Of a stretch of 64,000 nt of DNA, positions 28,343-38,286 are shown piece by piece. Position 1 is the stretch's first letter. The number at the start of each line of letters is the position of its first letter. Under the pieces are notes generated by a model. That model was not told the DNA's origin, ran no database searches, and worked only from the letters and a program-made list of their open reading frames with translations. The translations under genes and the position numbers were made by a program. Location of the stretch: assembly GCA_963729445.1 (NCBI GenBank), contig CAVSNU010000003.1, positions 1,100,816-1,164,815 of the forward strand. The letters are read 5' to 3'. This stretch comes from an uncultured Chloroflexia bacterium (lineage in GTDB: Bacteria > Chloroflexota > Chloroflexia > Thermomicrobiales > CFX8).

Positions 28343-29353
28343 ATGTCACAGGTTGGCAACGACGACGAGCAGCGGGATGACCGAACCAGCGGGGCGACGC
28401 TTCAGCCGCGTCTGTTCGAGGAGATCGGTCGTGGGCACCATGGCCCAACCCTCAGCAGCGTCGGCCCACTCGGGCCTCAATCAAAGCTGCCGGTCGCGCG
28501 TTACTGGTATCGCCGTTATCTGGAGCAAGCTCAACACCCGGCCAATACCATCTCCTCCTATCTCTACGACCTCTCGATCTTCGAGCAGGTGATCGGCCTC
28601 AAACCAATCGACGAAATCACGAGCCGCGACATTGCCCACTACCTTGGAGTGGCCAACTCACGCTCGACTCGTAAACGGCGTCTGACGTCGGTGAGCGGCT
28701 TCTTCAAGTGGCTGGTGAACGCTGCCAGGATGCTGGAGAAGGACCCAACCGAATCGTTCTACCCGGACCACATCCCGCTCAAGACACCGCGCCCGCTCTT
28801 TCCAACCGAGCAAGCTGCGTTCTTGTCCGCGGCGAAGGCCGACTCCACCCGCTCGGCAGTGATGTGCTGGTTGATGCTCAGTCTCGGGCTATCGCGCGGT
28901 GAAGTGCTTCAGCTGAGACGCGACCACCTCGATCTGGCGGATCCCGAAACGCCGCTGGTGTACGTCTTCTATGACAATGTCCGCTGGAGGGACAAGGAGC
29001 GCAAGCTCCAGGCGACGGGGGAGCTCATCGAGCTGTACGAAGCCTTTGAGCGGGAGTACGAGCCGCGAGACCGCCTGTTCGAGATGCTGCCGCAGTCGGT
29101 CAACAAGATGACCGCGAGAGTCGCCCTCGCCGCCGGCATCTCGAAACACGTCTCACCCCAGACGCTGCGTGACACCTATGCCGTCGAGCGGGCCAGGTCC
29201 GGCGCGGAAGAAGTGGAACTGTTGTCGCTGCTTGGCCTGGCGGATGATCCACGCAATCGCATGAGCGTGCGTCGCTACATCAAGCTGGCGTCTCCAGCCG
29301 TGAACGCTCCATCAGCCGGCGAGATCGAAGAGCCCGTCGGCGAGCCCCAGTAA
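28343..29353 (+). CDS. tyrosine recombinase / phage-integrase family protein (XerD-like, atypical active site)
   Basis: The N-terminal SAM-like domain includes NTISSYLYDLSIFEQVIG. The C-terminal catalytic-domain motifs are GLSRGEVLQL, SPQTLRDTYAV and LLGLADDPRNRMSVRRYIKL. Confidence 0.75.
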   Translation: MSQVGNDDEQRDDRTSGATLQPRLFEEIGRGHHGPTLSSVGPLGPQSKLPVARYWYRRYLEQAQHPANTISSYLYDLSIFEQVIGLKPIDEITSRDIAHYLGVANSRSTRKRRLTSVSGFFKWLVNAARMLEKDPTESFYPDHIPLKTPRPLFPTEQAAFLSAAKADSTRSAVMCWLMLSLGLSRGEVLQLRRDHLDLADPETPLVYVFYDNVRWRDKERKLQATGELIELYEAFEREYEPRDRLFEMLPQSVNKMTARVALAAGISKHVSPQTLRDTYAVERARSGAEEVELLSLLGLADDPRNRMSVRRYIKLASPAVNAPSAGEIEEPVGEPQ

Positions 29354-30229
29354 CTCCTCCCTGGCGAGCAACGCGTCCAGCCACCGTTCGGGAATACTCG
29401 CCATGCCCCAGCGAGCTCCAGCGAGTGCACCGGCTACCGCACCGGTGGTATCGGCGTCCTGGCCAAGATTGACCGCAGCGACGATAGCCTCTTCAAGCGA
29501 GCGGTGCGCGGTGACTGCCCAGAACGCCGACTGCAGAGTCGAGAGTACGTAGCCACCGGCGTCAAGCGTCGAGGAATGCTGCGTCGAGACCCCGTCTAGC
29601 GCGGCTCTCACCGCATCGCTGTCAGCTGCACCGCGCGCCGCGTGGAGCGGGTCGATCTCAGGATCGGTGAGCAGTGCCGCGATGGCCGCGTTGAGGGCGA
29701 CACAGGAGTCCAGACAGAGCGGGTTCGCGTGGGTGATGCGTGAGGAGTCGATCGAGTGCCGCCGGTTCGCCTCTGCGTCCAACCTCTCCAGCAAGGCAAC
29801 GGGCGCACAACGCATGATTGAGCCATTCGAGGCGTCGCGGGGCCGCAGCGCCTGATGCGTGCGTTCTCCAGCTTCGTCCCACGGCACTCCGCGTGCCAAT
29901 TGCTCCAGGGCGTACCGGGTCGTGGTGCCGATGTCTGGCGGGTTGGATGCAAGCCAGCCGACGAACCGTCCGGCGATGTCCCTAGCATCGAACTGCTGGC
30001 ACTCGACGATCGACGACGCGATACAGACGGCCATCTGCGTATCGTCAGTCACCTCGCCGGCCACCAGATTGAGCCAGCCCCCGCCGACGATGTCACGCAG
30101 CGCGCCATATTGCGCCTGGATCTCCTCACGAGACATGAACTCCAGCGTCGCGCCCAGCGCGTCACCCACGGCGCTCCCGAGCAACGCCCCCCGGTAACGG
30201 TCCCGTAACGCCTCCCGATCGATGGTCAC
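29312..30229 (-). CDS. ADP-ribosylglycohydrolase family protein
   Basis: GALLGSAVGDALGATLEF, EVTDDTQMAV and GQDADTTGAVAGALAGARWG are family hallmarks. Confidence 0.85.
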   Translation of the reverse strand: MTIDREALRDRYRGALLGSAVGDALGATLEFMSREEIQAQYGALRDIVGGGWLNLVAGEVTDDTQMAVCIASSIVECQQFDARDIAGRFVGWLASNPPDIGTTTRYALEQLARGVPWDEAGERTHQALRPRDASNGSIMRCAPVALLERLDAEANRRHSIDSSRITHANPLCLDSCVALNAAIAALLTDPEIDPLHAARGAADSDAVRAALDGVSTQHSSTLDAGGYVLSTLQSAFWAVTAHRSLEEAIVAAVNLGQDADTTGAVAGALAGARWGMASIPERWLDALLAREELLGLADGLFDLAG

Positions 30230-30347
30230 GACTGGCCTCTCTCCTCATTCTCACGCAGTCAGCGCTCGAGGTGAGAGCGCCGCGACCAACCCCGTGTCAG
30301 TGTAGTACGCTGCGGCGTCGTGAGCATGCGACTCTCTGGGGAAGGAA

Positions 30348-30869
30348 GTGTCAGTGAAAATCTACATCATGCGCCACGGGAACGCCGGGCCGGTCGGAGA
30401 AGGCGGGGTCACGAGGGACGAAGACCGGCCACTAACGGACCATGGCCGCAGCGAAGTGGCACTGATGGCGCGTGTGCTCCAGCAGCTCGGGGCCGATCCC
30501 GGCCTCATCCTGTCCAGTCCACTCGTCCGCGCCCGGCAGACAGCTGAGATCGTGAGCGAGCATTTCGGTTCCCGGGTGGGGGTGACGAGTGCCGTCGATC
30601 TCGCCCCCGGGGGCTCATTAGCCGGAGTGCTGGCGCAGATCCTGCGTGCCGGCCGCCCAGCGGAAACGCTCATCGTAGGGCACATGCCCGGCGTGGGGAT
30701 GCTGGCCGGCTTCCTGGCCTGGAACCAGCGCGATGTTGTCATCAACTTCCGCACCGCTGGAATCTGCCGGATCGACCTGCCGGACGACCGGCCCGCGCCT
30801 GGCTACGGCGACCTTCGCTGGCTCATTCCCCCACCAGTTGGCGAGCGCCTGCTCGAGGACGGGACGTAG
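30348..30869 (+). CDS. sixA: SixA-like phosphohistidine phosphatase (histidine phosphatase superfamily)
   Basis: It has the IYIMRHGNA RHG motif and a later GH motif (IVGHMPG), and its size of about 170 aa fits. Confidence 0.65.
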   Translation: MSVKIYIMRHGNAGPVGEGGVTRDEDRPLTDHGRSEVALMARVLQQLGADPGLILSSPLVRARQTAEIVSEHFGSRVGVTSAVDLAPGGSLAGVLAQILRAGRPAETLIVGHMPGVGMLAGFLAWNQRDVVINFRTAGICRIDLPDDRPAPGYGDLRWLIPPPVGERLLEDGT

Positions 30870-32092
30870 TGTCGGCACGCACACAACCAGTAGAAAGGGC
30901 CCAGGACCAGGCTGCCGCACAACGCGCCCTGTGGCTGCTGATCGCCGGCATCTTCGTGGTCTCGCTCGATTCACGGGTCATCACACCACTCCTTCCGGCA
31001 ATCGCGGAAGAGTTCGACGCCCCAATTGGCCGCGCCGGGCTGATCGTCACCGCCTATCTGCTGCCCTATGGGCTGTTTCAACTGCTCTACGGGCCGCTGG
31101 CAGACCGCGTGGGGCGGGTCCGGGTCATCTCCGTCGCGCTAGGTGGCTTTGCCGTTGGCGCGGGACTATGCGCTATTGCCCCGAATCTGGACGCGCTGGT
31201 CGGGCTACGGCTCGTTACCGGTATTGCCGCGGCGGCTGTCTTCCCGCTGACATTGACCTATATCGGTGACACCGTCGCCTACGATCGCAGGCACGAGGCC
31301 ATCGGCTACACCATCATGGCGTCCTCGCTGGGGCAGGTGCTATCCAGCGCCATCGGCGGCTTTCTCGCGGCGGCGTTCTCCTGGAGGGCGATCTTCGCCA
31401 TCGACGGTATCGTCGCGCTGGTCATCACGATTGCCCTCTTGCGCCAGCCGCTCACGCGGGCGCGTCACACGGGGGTAAGGCGCTCGGCCGCCGCGACGTA
31501 TCGGGTGGTCCTGGCCGACCGCCGGCATATTCTGTTCTATACGCTCATCTTCTTCGAAGGCGCCATCACCCTGGGCGCGTTCGCCTACTTCGGCGCACTC
31601 TTGAGGGATCGGGACGGTCTCTCGTTTACCGCCATTGGCGTTCTCGTCGCGCTCTTCGGCCTTGGCTCGCTCGTCTTCGGCCGGGTCGTTGGACGCGTCG
31701 CACGGAAGATCGGCGAACGGCGCATGATCGCGTTCGGCGGTGCGGGCGTGGTCGTTGGGTACGCCATGACCACGCTGCAGCCGACGCTCATCTTCTTCTC
31801 AATCGCGATGGTGCTGATGGGTGCGACGTTCATCATGATGCACTCCACCCTGCAAACACGCGCCACCGAGCTTGCGCCGACCGCGCGAGCTACGGGAATA
31901 TCGCTGTTCGCCTTTGCGCTCTTTCTAGGTAGTAGCCTGGGGGCCTTCCTGACCGCACAATCCATCGACCGTCTCGGCTACAACGAAACGATGTTGGCAC
32001 TCGGCGCGGTGACGGCCGTCTTCACCGTCACGATGACCGTCGTCATCCTGCGCTTCACCGAGCCGCACCTGGAGGAGGTGGATGCCTGCTAG
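30869..32092 (+). CDS. MFS transporter
   Basis: 407 aa with about 12 predicted hydrophobic segments and an MFS loop LADRVGRVRV. The GTG start overlaps the sixA stop by 1 nt. Confidence 0.85.
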   Translation: MSARTQPVERAQDQAAAQRALWLLIAGIFVVSLDSRVITPLLPAIAEEFDAPIGRAGLIVTAYLLPYGLFQLLYGPLADRVGRVRVISVALGGFAVGAGLCAIAPNLDALVGLRLVTGIAAAAVFPLTLTYIGDTVAYDRRHEAIGYTIMASSLGQVLSSAIGGFLAAAFSWRAIFAIDGIVALVITIALLRQPLTRARHTGVRRSAAATYRVVLADRRHILFYTLIFFEGAITLGAFAYFGALLRDRDGLSFTAIGVLVALFGLGSLVFGRVVGRVARKIGERRMIAFGGAGVVVGYAMTTLQPTLIFFSIAMVLMGATFIMMHSTLQTRATELAPTARATGISLFAFALFLGSSLGAFLTAQSIDRLGYNETMLALGAVTAVFTVTMTVVILRFTEPHLEEVDAC

Positions 32093-32133
32093 ACTGTCCC
32101 CACGAAATGCGTCGTTAACGAAAAGGAACACAC

Positions 32134-32709
32134 GTGCAAGAGAGCCAGATTTATCGCGAGCAGATCGACACGTTGAGCGAGCAGCTCAAGGCCGAGTTCG
32201 TCGGATTAGATCCGGATCTGCTCTACAAGCGGCCCGGGCCGTCCGTCAACCACGCCGGATTCCTCCACTGGCACATCCTCCGTATCTGGGACCTCGACCT
32301 CAACCACATCATCAAGGGCGAAGATCCAGCCGCTGACGCCTGGCACCGTGGCGGCTACGCTGCCCGCTCCAACTACGACCCTTCCGGCAAGGGCCTTGAG
32401 CGGCTACCGGGCATGGGTCTGGGGTACAGCGATGCCGAGGTGGACGAAGTTCATGTCCCCTTGAACGAGCTCACCGCGTACCACGACCAGCTCATCGCCG
32501 AGACCAGTGCGTATCTGGAATCCGCCAGCAACGAGCAGCTGCGCGCGGAGATCCCCCTGCCGGGGCGCCCGAATGCGACCGCCGCCCAGCGTCTCCAGCA
32601 CCTGATCGGTCACTCCTACGGCCATCTCGGTGACATCCGCTTCGTCAAGGGTCTTCTGGGGCATACCGACGCCACGTACCCCAAAGAGAAGGCTCAAGCA
32701 GCCTCGTAA
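32134..32709 (+). CDS. DinB-family protein
   Basis: The His triad context (HWHILRIWD ... LIGHSYGHLGDI) is typical of DinB_2-like four-helix bundles. Confidence 0.7.
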   Translation: MQESQIYREQIDTLSEQLKAEFVGLDPDLLYKRPGPSVNHAGFLHWHILRIWDLDLNHIIKGEDPAADAWHRGGYAARSNYDPSGKGLERLPGMGLGYSDAEVDEVHVPLNELTAYHDQLIAETSAYLESASNEQLRAEIPLPGRPNATAAQRLQHLIGHSYGHLGDIRFVKGLLGHTDATYPKEKAQAAS

Positions 32710-32818
32710 TCAGATCCCCAATGGGCACAGGGCCGGCACAAATGCCGGCCCTGTGCCTACGGCCATCCTGTTTCTAAAGCGGCTGTCGGAAGCATGGACC
32801 GGCGTGGGGCGCGATGAT

Positions 32819-32930
32819 GAGTTTGTCCTGATTGATCGGGTATTTAGGAATGCGTAGGGGCGCAATTCATTGCGCCCTGCCTGGGCACCCGGGACGTTGG
32901 AGAGGGCGCAATGAATTGCGCCCCTACGCA
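32819..32930. repeat. type A double-hairpin repeat, copy 3 (core inverted relative to copies 1, 2 and 4)
   Basis: GTAGGGGCGCAATTCATTGCGCCCTGCCTGGGCACCCGGGACGTTGGAGAGGGCGCAATGAATTGCGCCCCTAC. The left flank matches copy 1. Confidence 0.8.
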
Positions 32931-33041
32931 GAAAAGCGCCGTTCCGATGTATCGGATCAAGCACGACACGTCCATAATTACGCCCGTACACAGACAGAAG
33001 GATCTCTTATCCGCCCATGCCCGGTAGGACTGACATCCGCA

Positions 33042-33806
33042 TCACACCTCAAGCAACCCCGCGGCAACGCGGTCGGCGTTGGCCTTGCCGAGCTTCTTTT
33101 CAGCCCAGTAGCGGGTCGTCCGGTAGAGACTCTGGAAAGTGCCGGCGTCGCTCCAGAAACCATCAAGCTCCATCCAGCGCAGCCGGTCGTCCTTCAGGTA
33201 GAAGTTATTGACATCGGTGATCTCAAGCTCACCACGGTCTGAGGGCTCAAGCTTCGAGATGTAATCAAACACCGTCGCGTCGTAGATGTAGAGTCCTGTG
33301 ATGGCGTAGGGGCTCTGTGGCTGCAGCGGCTTTTCTTCAATGCGCAGAATCTGGGACACATCCTGCGGGTTGAAGACCGGGCACCCAAACCGGTTCGGGT
33401 CCGGGACTTCCTTGAGAAAGAGCATCGCCCCACCGTCGAACGACTCGACGGCCGGACCGATGTCGGCGTCGGTGGTGTTGTCGCCCAGAATGACGCAGAC
33501 TGGCTCACCATCCGCAAATTCCTGGCCCAGCGATAGCGCCTCGGCGATGCCACCCTCCTTGTCCTGGTAGGTGTACTCAAGGTGCTTCAGCCCAAACTGG
33601 CGGCCGTTGCGCAAGACAGGCACAAAGTGGCCGGCGTGCGGACCACCAGTCACGATCAGGACCTCATCCACTCCGGCGGACACTAGCGTCTGGATCGGGT
33701 AATACACCATCGGCTGGTCGTAAATCGGCAGCAGGTGCTTGTTGGTCGCATGGGTGAGCGGGTAGAGCCTGCTGCCAAGGCCGCCGGCCAGAATGATGCC
33801 CTTCAT
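33042..33806 (-). CDS. sugar-phosphate nucleotidyltransferase (RmlA-like glucose-1-phosphate thymidylyltransferase, short form)
   Basis: The N-terminus MKGIILAGGLGSRLYPLTHATNKHLLPIYDQPMVYYPI is the canonical RmlA-type motif. Confidence 0.85.
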   Translation of the reverse strand: MKGIILAGGLGSRLYPLTHATNKHLLPIYDQPMVYYPIQTLVSAGVDEVLIVTGGPHAGHFVPVLRNGRQFGLKHLEYTYQDKEGGIAEALSLGQEFADGEPVCVILGDNTTDADIGPAVESFDGGAMLFLKEVPDPNRFGCPVFNPQDVSQILRIEEKPLQPQSPYAITGLYIYDATVFDYISKLEPSDRGELEITDVNNFYLKDDRLRWMELDGFWSDAGTFQSLYRTTRYWAEKKLGKANADRVAAGLLEV

Positions 33807-34000
33807 ACGCTGTCGTCCCCTTTCCCATCGCGCGTGTCAGCCTCTGCCGTCTTGTAGAGCACGTACCCGCCGGCACCTGAGAGCGCAAGGCCAAACAGTG
33901 TCCCAAGGATCTGCTTCCACCCGAAGCCCGTCCCCTGCAGGCCCAACGCCAGGGGGTCGGCAAACAACGAGGCGAGGGTGAGCATGACACCGAACGCCAC
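33803..34000 (-). CDS. small hydrophobic protein (hypothetical)
   Basis: 65 aa with two hydrophobic segments. Its stop overlaps the rmlA-like start (ATGA). The start is uncertain (GTG 34000 or ATG 33985). Confidence 0.35.
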   Translation of the reverse strand: MAFGVMLTLASLFADPLALGLQGTGFGWKQILGTLFGLALSGAGGYVLYKTAEADTRDGKGDDSV

Positions 34001-34217
34001 AACTGCGAATCCGGCAACACGAATCTGTTCTCGAAAAATTGTGGTCCCGCTCTCCTACGGTACGGTATTTGCCCTACGGTCACATTTGTGAAGCCGGCGG
34101 CAGTATAGCATCTGACCCATTGTAGCCCTTCGATGCGGCCGCGCACCTAATCCGCGACGTCGCTGCGCTCCCGCTCTGCCGGCGCGACGAAAATATCACT
34201 GAGCTGCTCTCTCGGGG

Positions 34218-36693
34218 TTACTGCAATGCGCTCAGATACAGCGAATTGAAGAGCAGCCGGTAGGTGCCGCGTGCCTGGGCGCGGAACTGAGGCCGGAACC
34301 CGAAGAGGATGACCCGGCCCGCTCCGACCGCGACCTCCAGCAGCGCCGAGCGGCCGCGCAGGTGCTCGCTGCCGAGCATCCAGCCGCCCAGCAACTGGTT
34401 CGACAGCGGGTAGCGGCCAACGGTCTGCGCACCGCCGCCGTTGACACCGACCTCGAACGCGGGTGAGTTCACGAAGAGAGCTGACGCCTCACGCTCGTAC
34501 CCGTAGGCGATTGGGTGGTGCGGATCCAGAAGAAGCCGCAACAACGAGCCGGGGTTGTAGAAGTCGTCGGTGCGCAGCCCCTCCAGAACATTTGTCACCG
34601 GGAGATACAGGTATTTGATCGCCAGCTCGCAGGCCGAGTCGATGGCGATCAACGTCCCGCCCGCCTCAACAAAGCGCCGTAGCTTGGCCGCGCCAATCTC
34701 GCCGATGCCACCCGCGAACTCCGCCGGGTAGTCGTATGGTGAGTTTCCCTCAAGAATGTCCTTGGCCGGCTGTTGTGGCAGGACGATCGCGTCGAAGCGA
34801 TCTGAGAGATCGCCTTGCCGAATGTCGCGGTTCCGCAGCGTCGTAAACTCGAAGTCATAGTTCTCGAAGATAAACCGTGTCCAGCCCTCGTCCATGGCGT
34901 TCGGCCGGTACGAGCGGTAGAGCCCGATGCGTGGGGCATCCTGGCGGCGCAAGGCGTGTCTCATCTGGTCCCGGTCAATTGTCGTGAGCGTGACGTGGGT
35001 CTCACCAGCGACCCGCTCCAGCTCGCCGCGCTCCAGCCCCTCGACGACGAACGCCCCGGTCTGGATCCCCGTTTCCGGATGCGCGCCGGTGAAGCGGTAG
35101 ACGTCGGCACCGGCGGACAGCAGGCGGTTTACCGCCCGGGCGCTCGCGTTGACGCGCGGATCGAGCATGAAGGAGGGTCCCTCCCCGACAACCTGACCCT
35201 GCGGTGGCTCGACCCGTTCCACCCGCGTGAGTTGCGCCTCGAACGGCGCGTCCACCCGGACCGTCTCGACACCCATCTGTACCGGCAGGGAATGCGCCGT
35301 GATGTCATACGGCGGCTTGGGCGGCCCTCCGGGGAACAGGCGCAGATCCGGGTACTGCTGCACGTCTAGCATCGTCCGGGCGAACGCACCGTACGGCTGC
35401 GCCCCCAGAATCACCCTGCGAGCCGGCCGGATACTCGACGCCATCCGCCGTGAACGGCGCTGCAGACTCGTGAATCTCAACGTCGCCGAACTCCAGCGCC
35501 TGGAGCATCTCGGCCGTTGTGACCTGATCGGACTGGTCAGCCGGCACAACGAAGGCGTAGGGCGCCTGGGTCTGCACCGCGTCCCACGAGATGGCGGCGA
35601 AGTTGCGCACCCAGCGATCGCGGTAGGCGGCGGCGTTGTTCAGCAGGGCCAGCGCCGAAATCTTGTTGTACTCAACGATGTCCCGCAGCCGCCATTCCCC
35701 GCCCGGCCAGGGCTCGGGATGGTTCCAGGACGCTACTGCCGGGCTGAAGCCGCGCGTCTCCTTGCGCTCCGACGCACTCAGATGGATCGGCGTCGCTATC
35801 TTGACGCTGGCCGCCTCGGAAAGGATGCGCACCCCGCCATGGTAATGCTGGTAGGCGCGCGAGGGCGAGAACGCGTCGAAGATGATGTTCGTCGCCACCC
35901 CGGTTTTCCCGGCCGCTGTCAGATCGGCGGCCATGGCCTGACCGATCAGGGCCACTTGCTGCTGCAGCAGCGGGTGCACGTTGGCGTCATACGGGTCGAT
36001 GAAGGGCGGCAAGACGTAGCGCGGGCCGTCCGGCATCATCTGATGCTGGTCGAACACGATATGGGGACGCCAGACGTTATGGATCTTCTCAACCGCCAGC
36101 CGGTTCTCGACCTGAGTGAACATGAACCAGTCGCGGTTGTTATCGTGGCCGGTGTAGGTGTGGTAGAGCGTCGGCGGTGCCGAGCCTTCAAACGGCGTGT
36201 CGAGCGTTTCGGCATACCAATCCGCCACCAGCTCCATGCCGTCCGGGTTCAGCGACGGGACCAGCAGCAGGATGGTTTCGGAGAGAATGCGGTTGACTTC
36301 GGGATCGTCCCTGGTCGCCAGCTCATAGACCAGCTCCGGCGTCATCTGCACCGCGCCAACCTCGGTGGCGTGGATCGAGCAGGTGATCAGGACGATCGCT
36401 CGGCCCTCGTGGGTCAGGCGCTCGATCTCGGTCCGGTCCACCCCGCGCGGATCCGCCAGCCTGGCCTGGATCTCACGATAACAATCGAGCTTCTGGAGGT
36501 TCTCCGGCGACGAGATGGTCAGCATCACGAACGGCTGGCCCTCGGTCGCAACCCCAAGCTGCTCGTACTGCACCCGGTCGCTGGCGGCTGCGATCTCCTG
36601 GAAGTAGCGCAGCATGTCAGCCCAGCGAACCAGCTTGCGGTCCGCCCCCATCTGAAAACCAAACCGCTCCTCAGGTGTCTGAATCACCGCCAT
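34218..36693 (-). pseudogene. M14-family zinc carboxypeptidase-like protein, single frame break
   Basis: ORF 35305-36693 carries [24 protein letters not shown] and [12 protein letters not shown]. Its sequence continues collinearly in ORF 34218-35549 ([25 protein letters not shown]). The frame switch is near 35415-35422. Confidence 0.8.
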
Positions 36694-36893
36694 GCCAGTT
36701 CCCTCCGTTAACGGCAGCTTCCCGCGCTTTCGGAAAGATCCTAGCCGATACGGCTCTCACAGCGCACGGTGCGTATTGCTGACGGGCCAGACACCGTTCC
36801 CGGCTCGCAGCGTCGTGTTCGGCGTTTCGCCATCGTCATTCATTCGCTAGAATCAGCCAAGCGCGCTATCCGTTGCCGGCAAATTGAGGGTGA

Positions 36894-38178
36894 ATGAACT
36901 TCTGCACCAACTGCGGGACCCAACGGGCCGGCGACGCGCGATATTGCGCGAGCTGCGGCCTGTCAATGGCGGCAGCCACGCCGGCGCGGCCCACGCAACG
37001 CAGCGTGTGGGCCGTCTTCGGTGGGCTCGCGGCGTTTGGTCTCTTCGGCTGCCTGCTCACCTGCACCACCCTCATTCTGATCCTCGAAGTGCCGGATCCA
37101 GTGGCGCTCGGGCTCAGCACGTTTGCGGCTGTTGTGCCGGCCGGCTTTTATAGCCTGCTCGTGCTCTACCTCGACCGGTATGAGAAAGAACCGTGGTACA
37201 CGCTAGCCGGGGCGTTCGCCTGGGGCGCGATCGTGGCGGTGGTGTTCAGCTATTTCTTTAATAGCCTCTCCGCCGTCGCCGTCGCTTCTGTCTACGGCCT
37301 GGAAGCGGGCGAGTTCTTCTCGCTCGCCATCGCGGCTCCGTTCTTCGAGGAGCTGTTCAAAGGCGCGCGCACTCTTCATTATCCTGTTGCTCTTCCGCAA
37401 CGAGTTTGACAACGTGCTGGACGGTATCGTCTACGGTGCCCTGGTCGGCCTCGGATTCGCGATGACCGAGAACATCATCTATTTCGGCCGGGCCTACTTC
37501 GAAGCCGGCATATTCGGACTCGGATTTCTGTTTGTTTTACGGGCCGTACTTGGAGGATTGGGGCACGCGCTCTATACCGCCACGACCGGCGCCGCCCTCG
37601 GCTGGAGCCGCAGCCGCTACGGAACCGGGATGGCGCGCACGCTCGTGCCACTCGGTGGCCTGGCGCTGGCCATGTTCCAGCACTCACTCTGGAACACGAC
37701 CGCCTATGTGGTCGGCAGGATAGCCGACGATGAGATGTTCCTGATTGCGCTGCTGCTGGTCGCGGTTGTCGAGCCGGTCGTGTTCCTGCTGCCGGCGCTG
37801 ATCACCCTGGTTGTGCTCGCCGTTATCACCAGCCGGAGAGAAATCGCGATCATCCGGGAACAACTGGCCGAGGAGGTCGAGTCTGGCACCATTTCGCCAG
37901 AAGAGTACGAGCTTATCTCCAACGGTCGACTGCGCAGGCGAGCGTCGTTGACTGCTCTGCGCGAGGGTGGGCTCGCGCGCTGGCTTGCCCAACGAAGCTT
38001 CACCCGGATAGCGGCCCAACTTGCGTTTCAGAAATATCACGTGAGCCGCGGTGAGGTGGGCAAGCGTGGTCTGGCGTATCGCTCTCCTGAGGAGCTGCGC
38101 GCTCTCCTGGCGAAGGCGCGGTTGCGATTGAATGCGTCCGGCAGATCTGACGTCCGTCCTCCCGTAACCCACTACTAG
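36894..38178 (+). pseudogene. PrsW-family intramembrane protease with N-terminal zinc ribbon, single frame break
   Basis: The first ORF has NFCTNCG...YCASCG and APFFEELFKGA. The motif then continues in the next frame (ALFIILLLFRNEFDNVLDGIVYGALVGLGFAMTENIIY, HALYTA). The switch lies in a GCGCGCGC run near 37364-37372. Confidence 0.8.
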
Positions 38179-38286
38179 CACGTACAATATGTCCACTTCC
38201 ATCCACACTGCGTAGCGGCTGGACGGAAGGTGACAGCGCCGTCACTCAGGTACGCCGGTCACGCGGCGGTTTCGCAGAGGAGCGAA

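Noticed and set aside
35227-36711. 494-aa plus-strand ORF
   Set aside because: It is antisense to the M14 peptidase gene.
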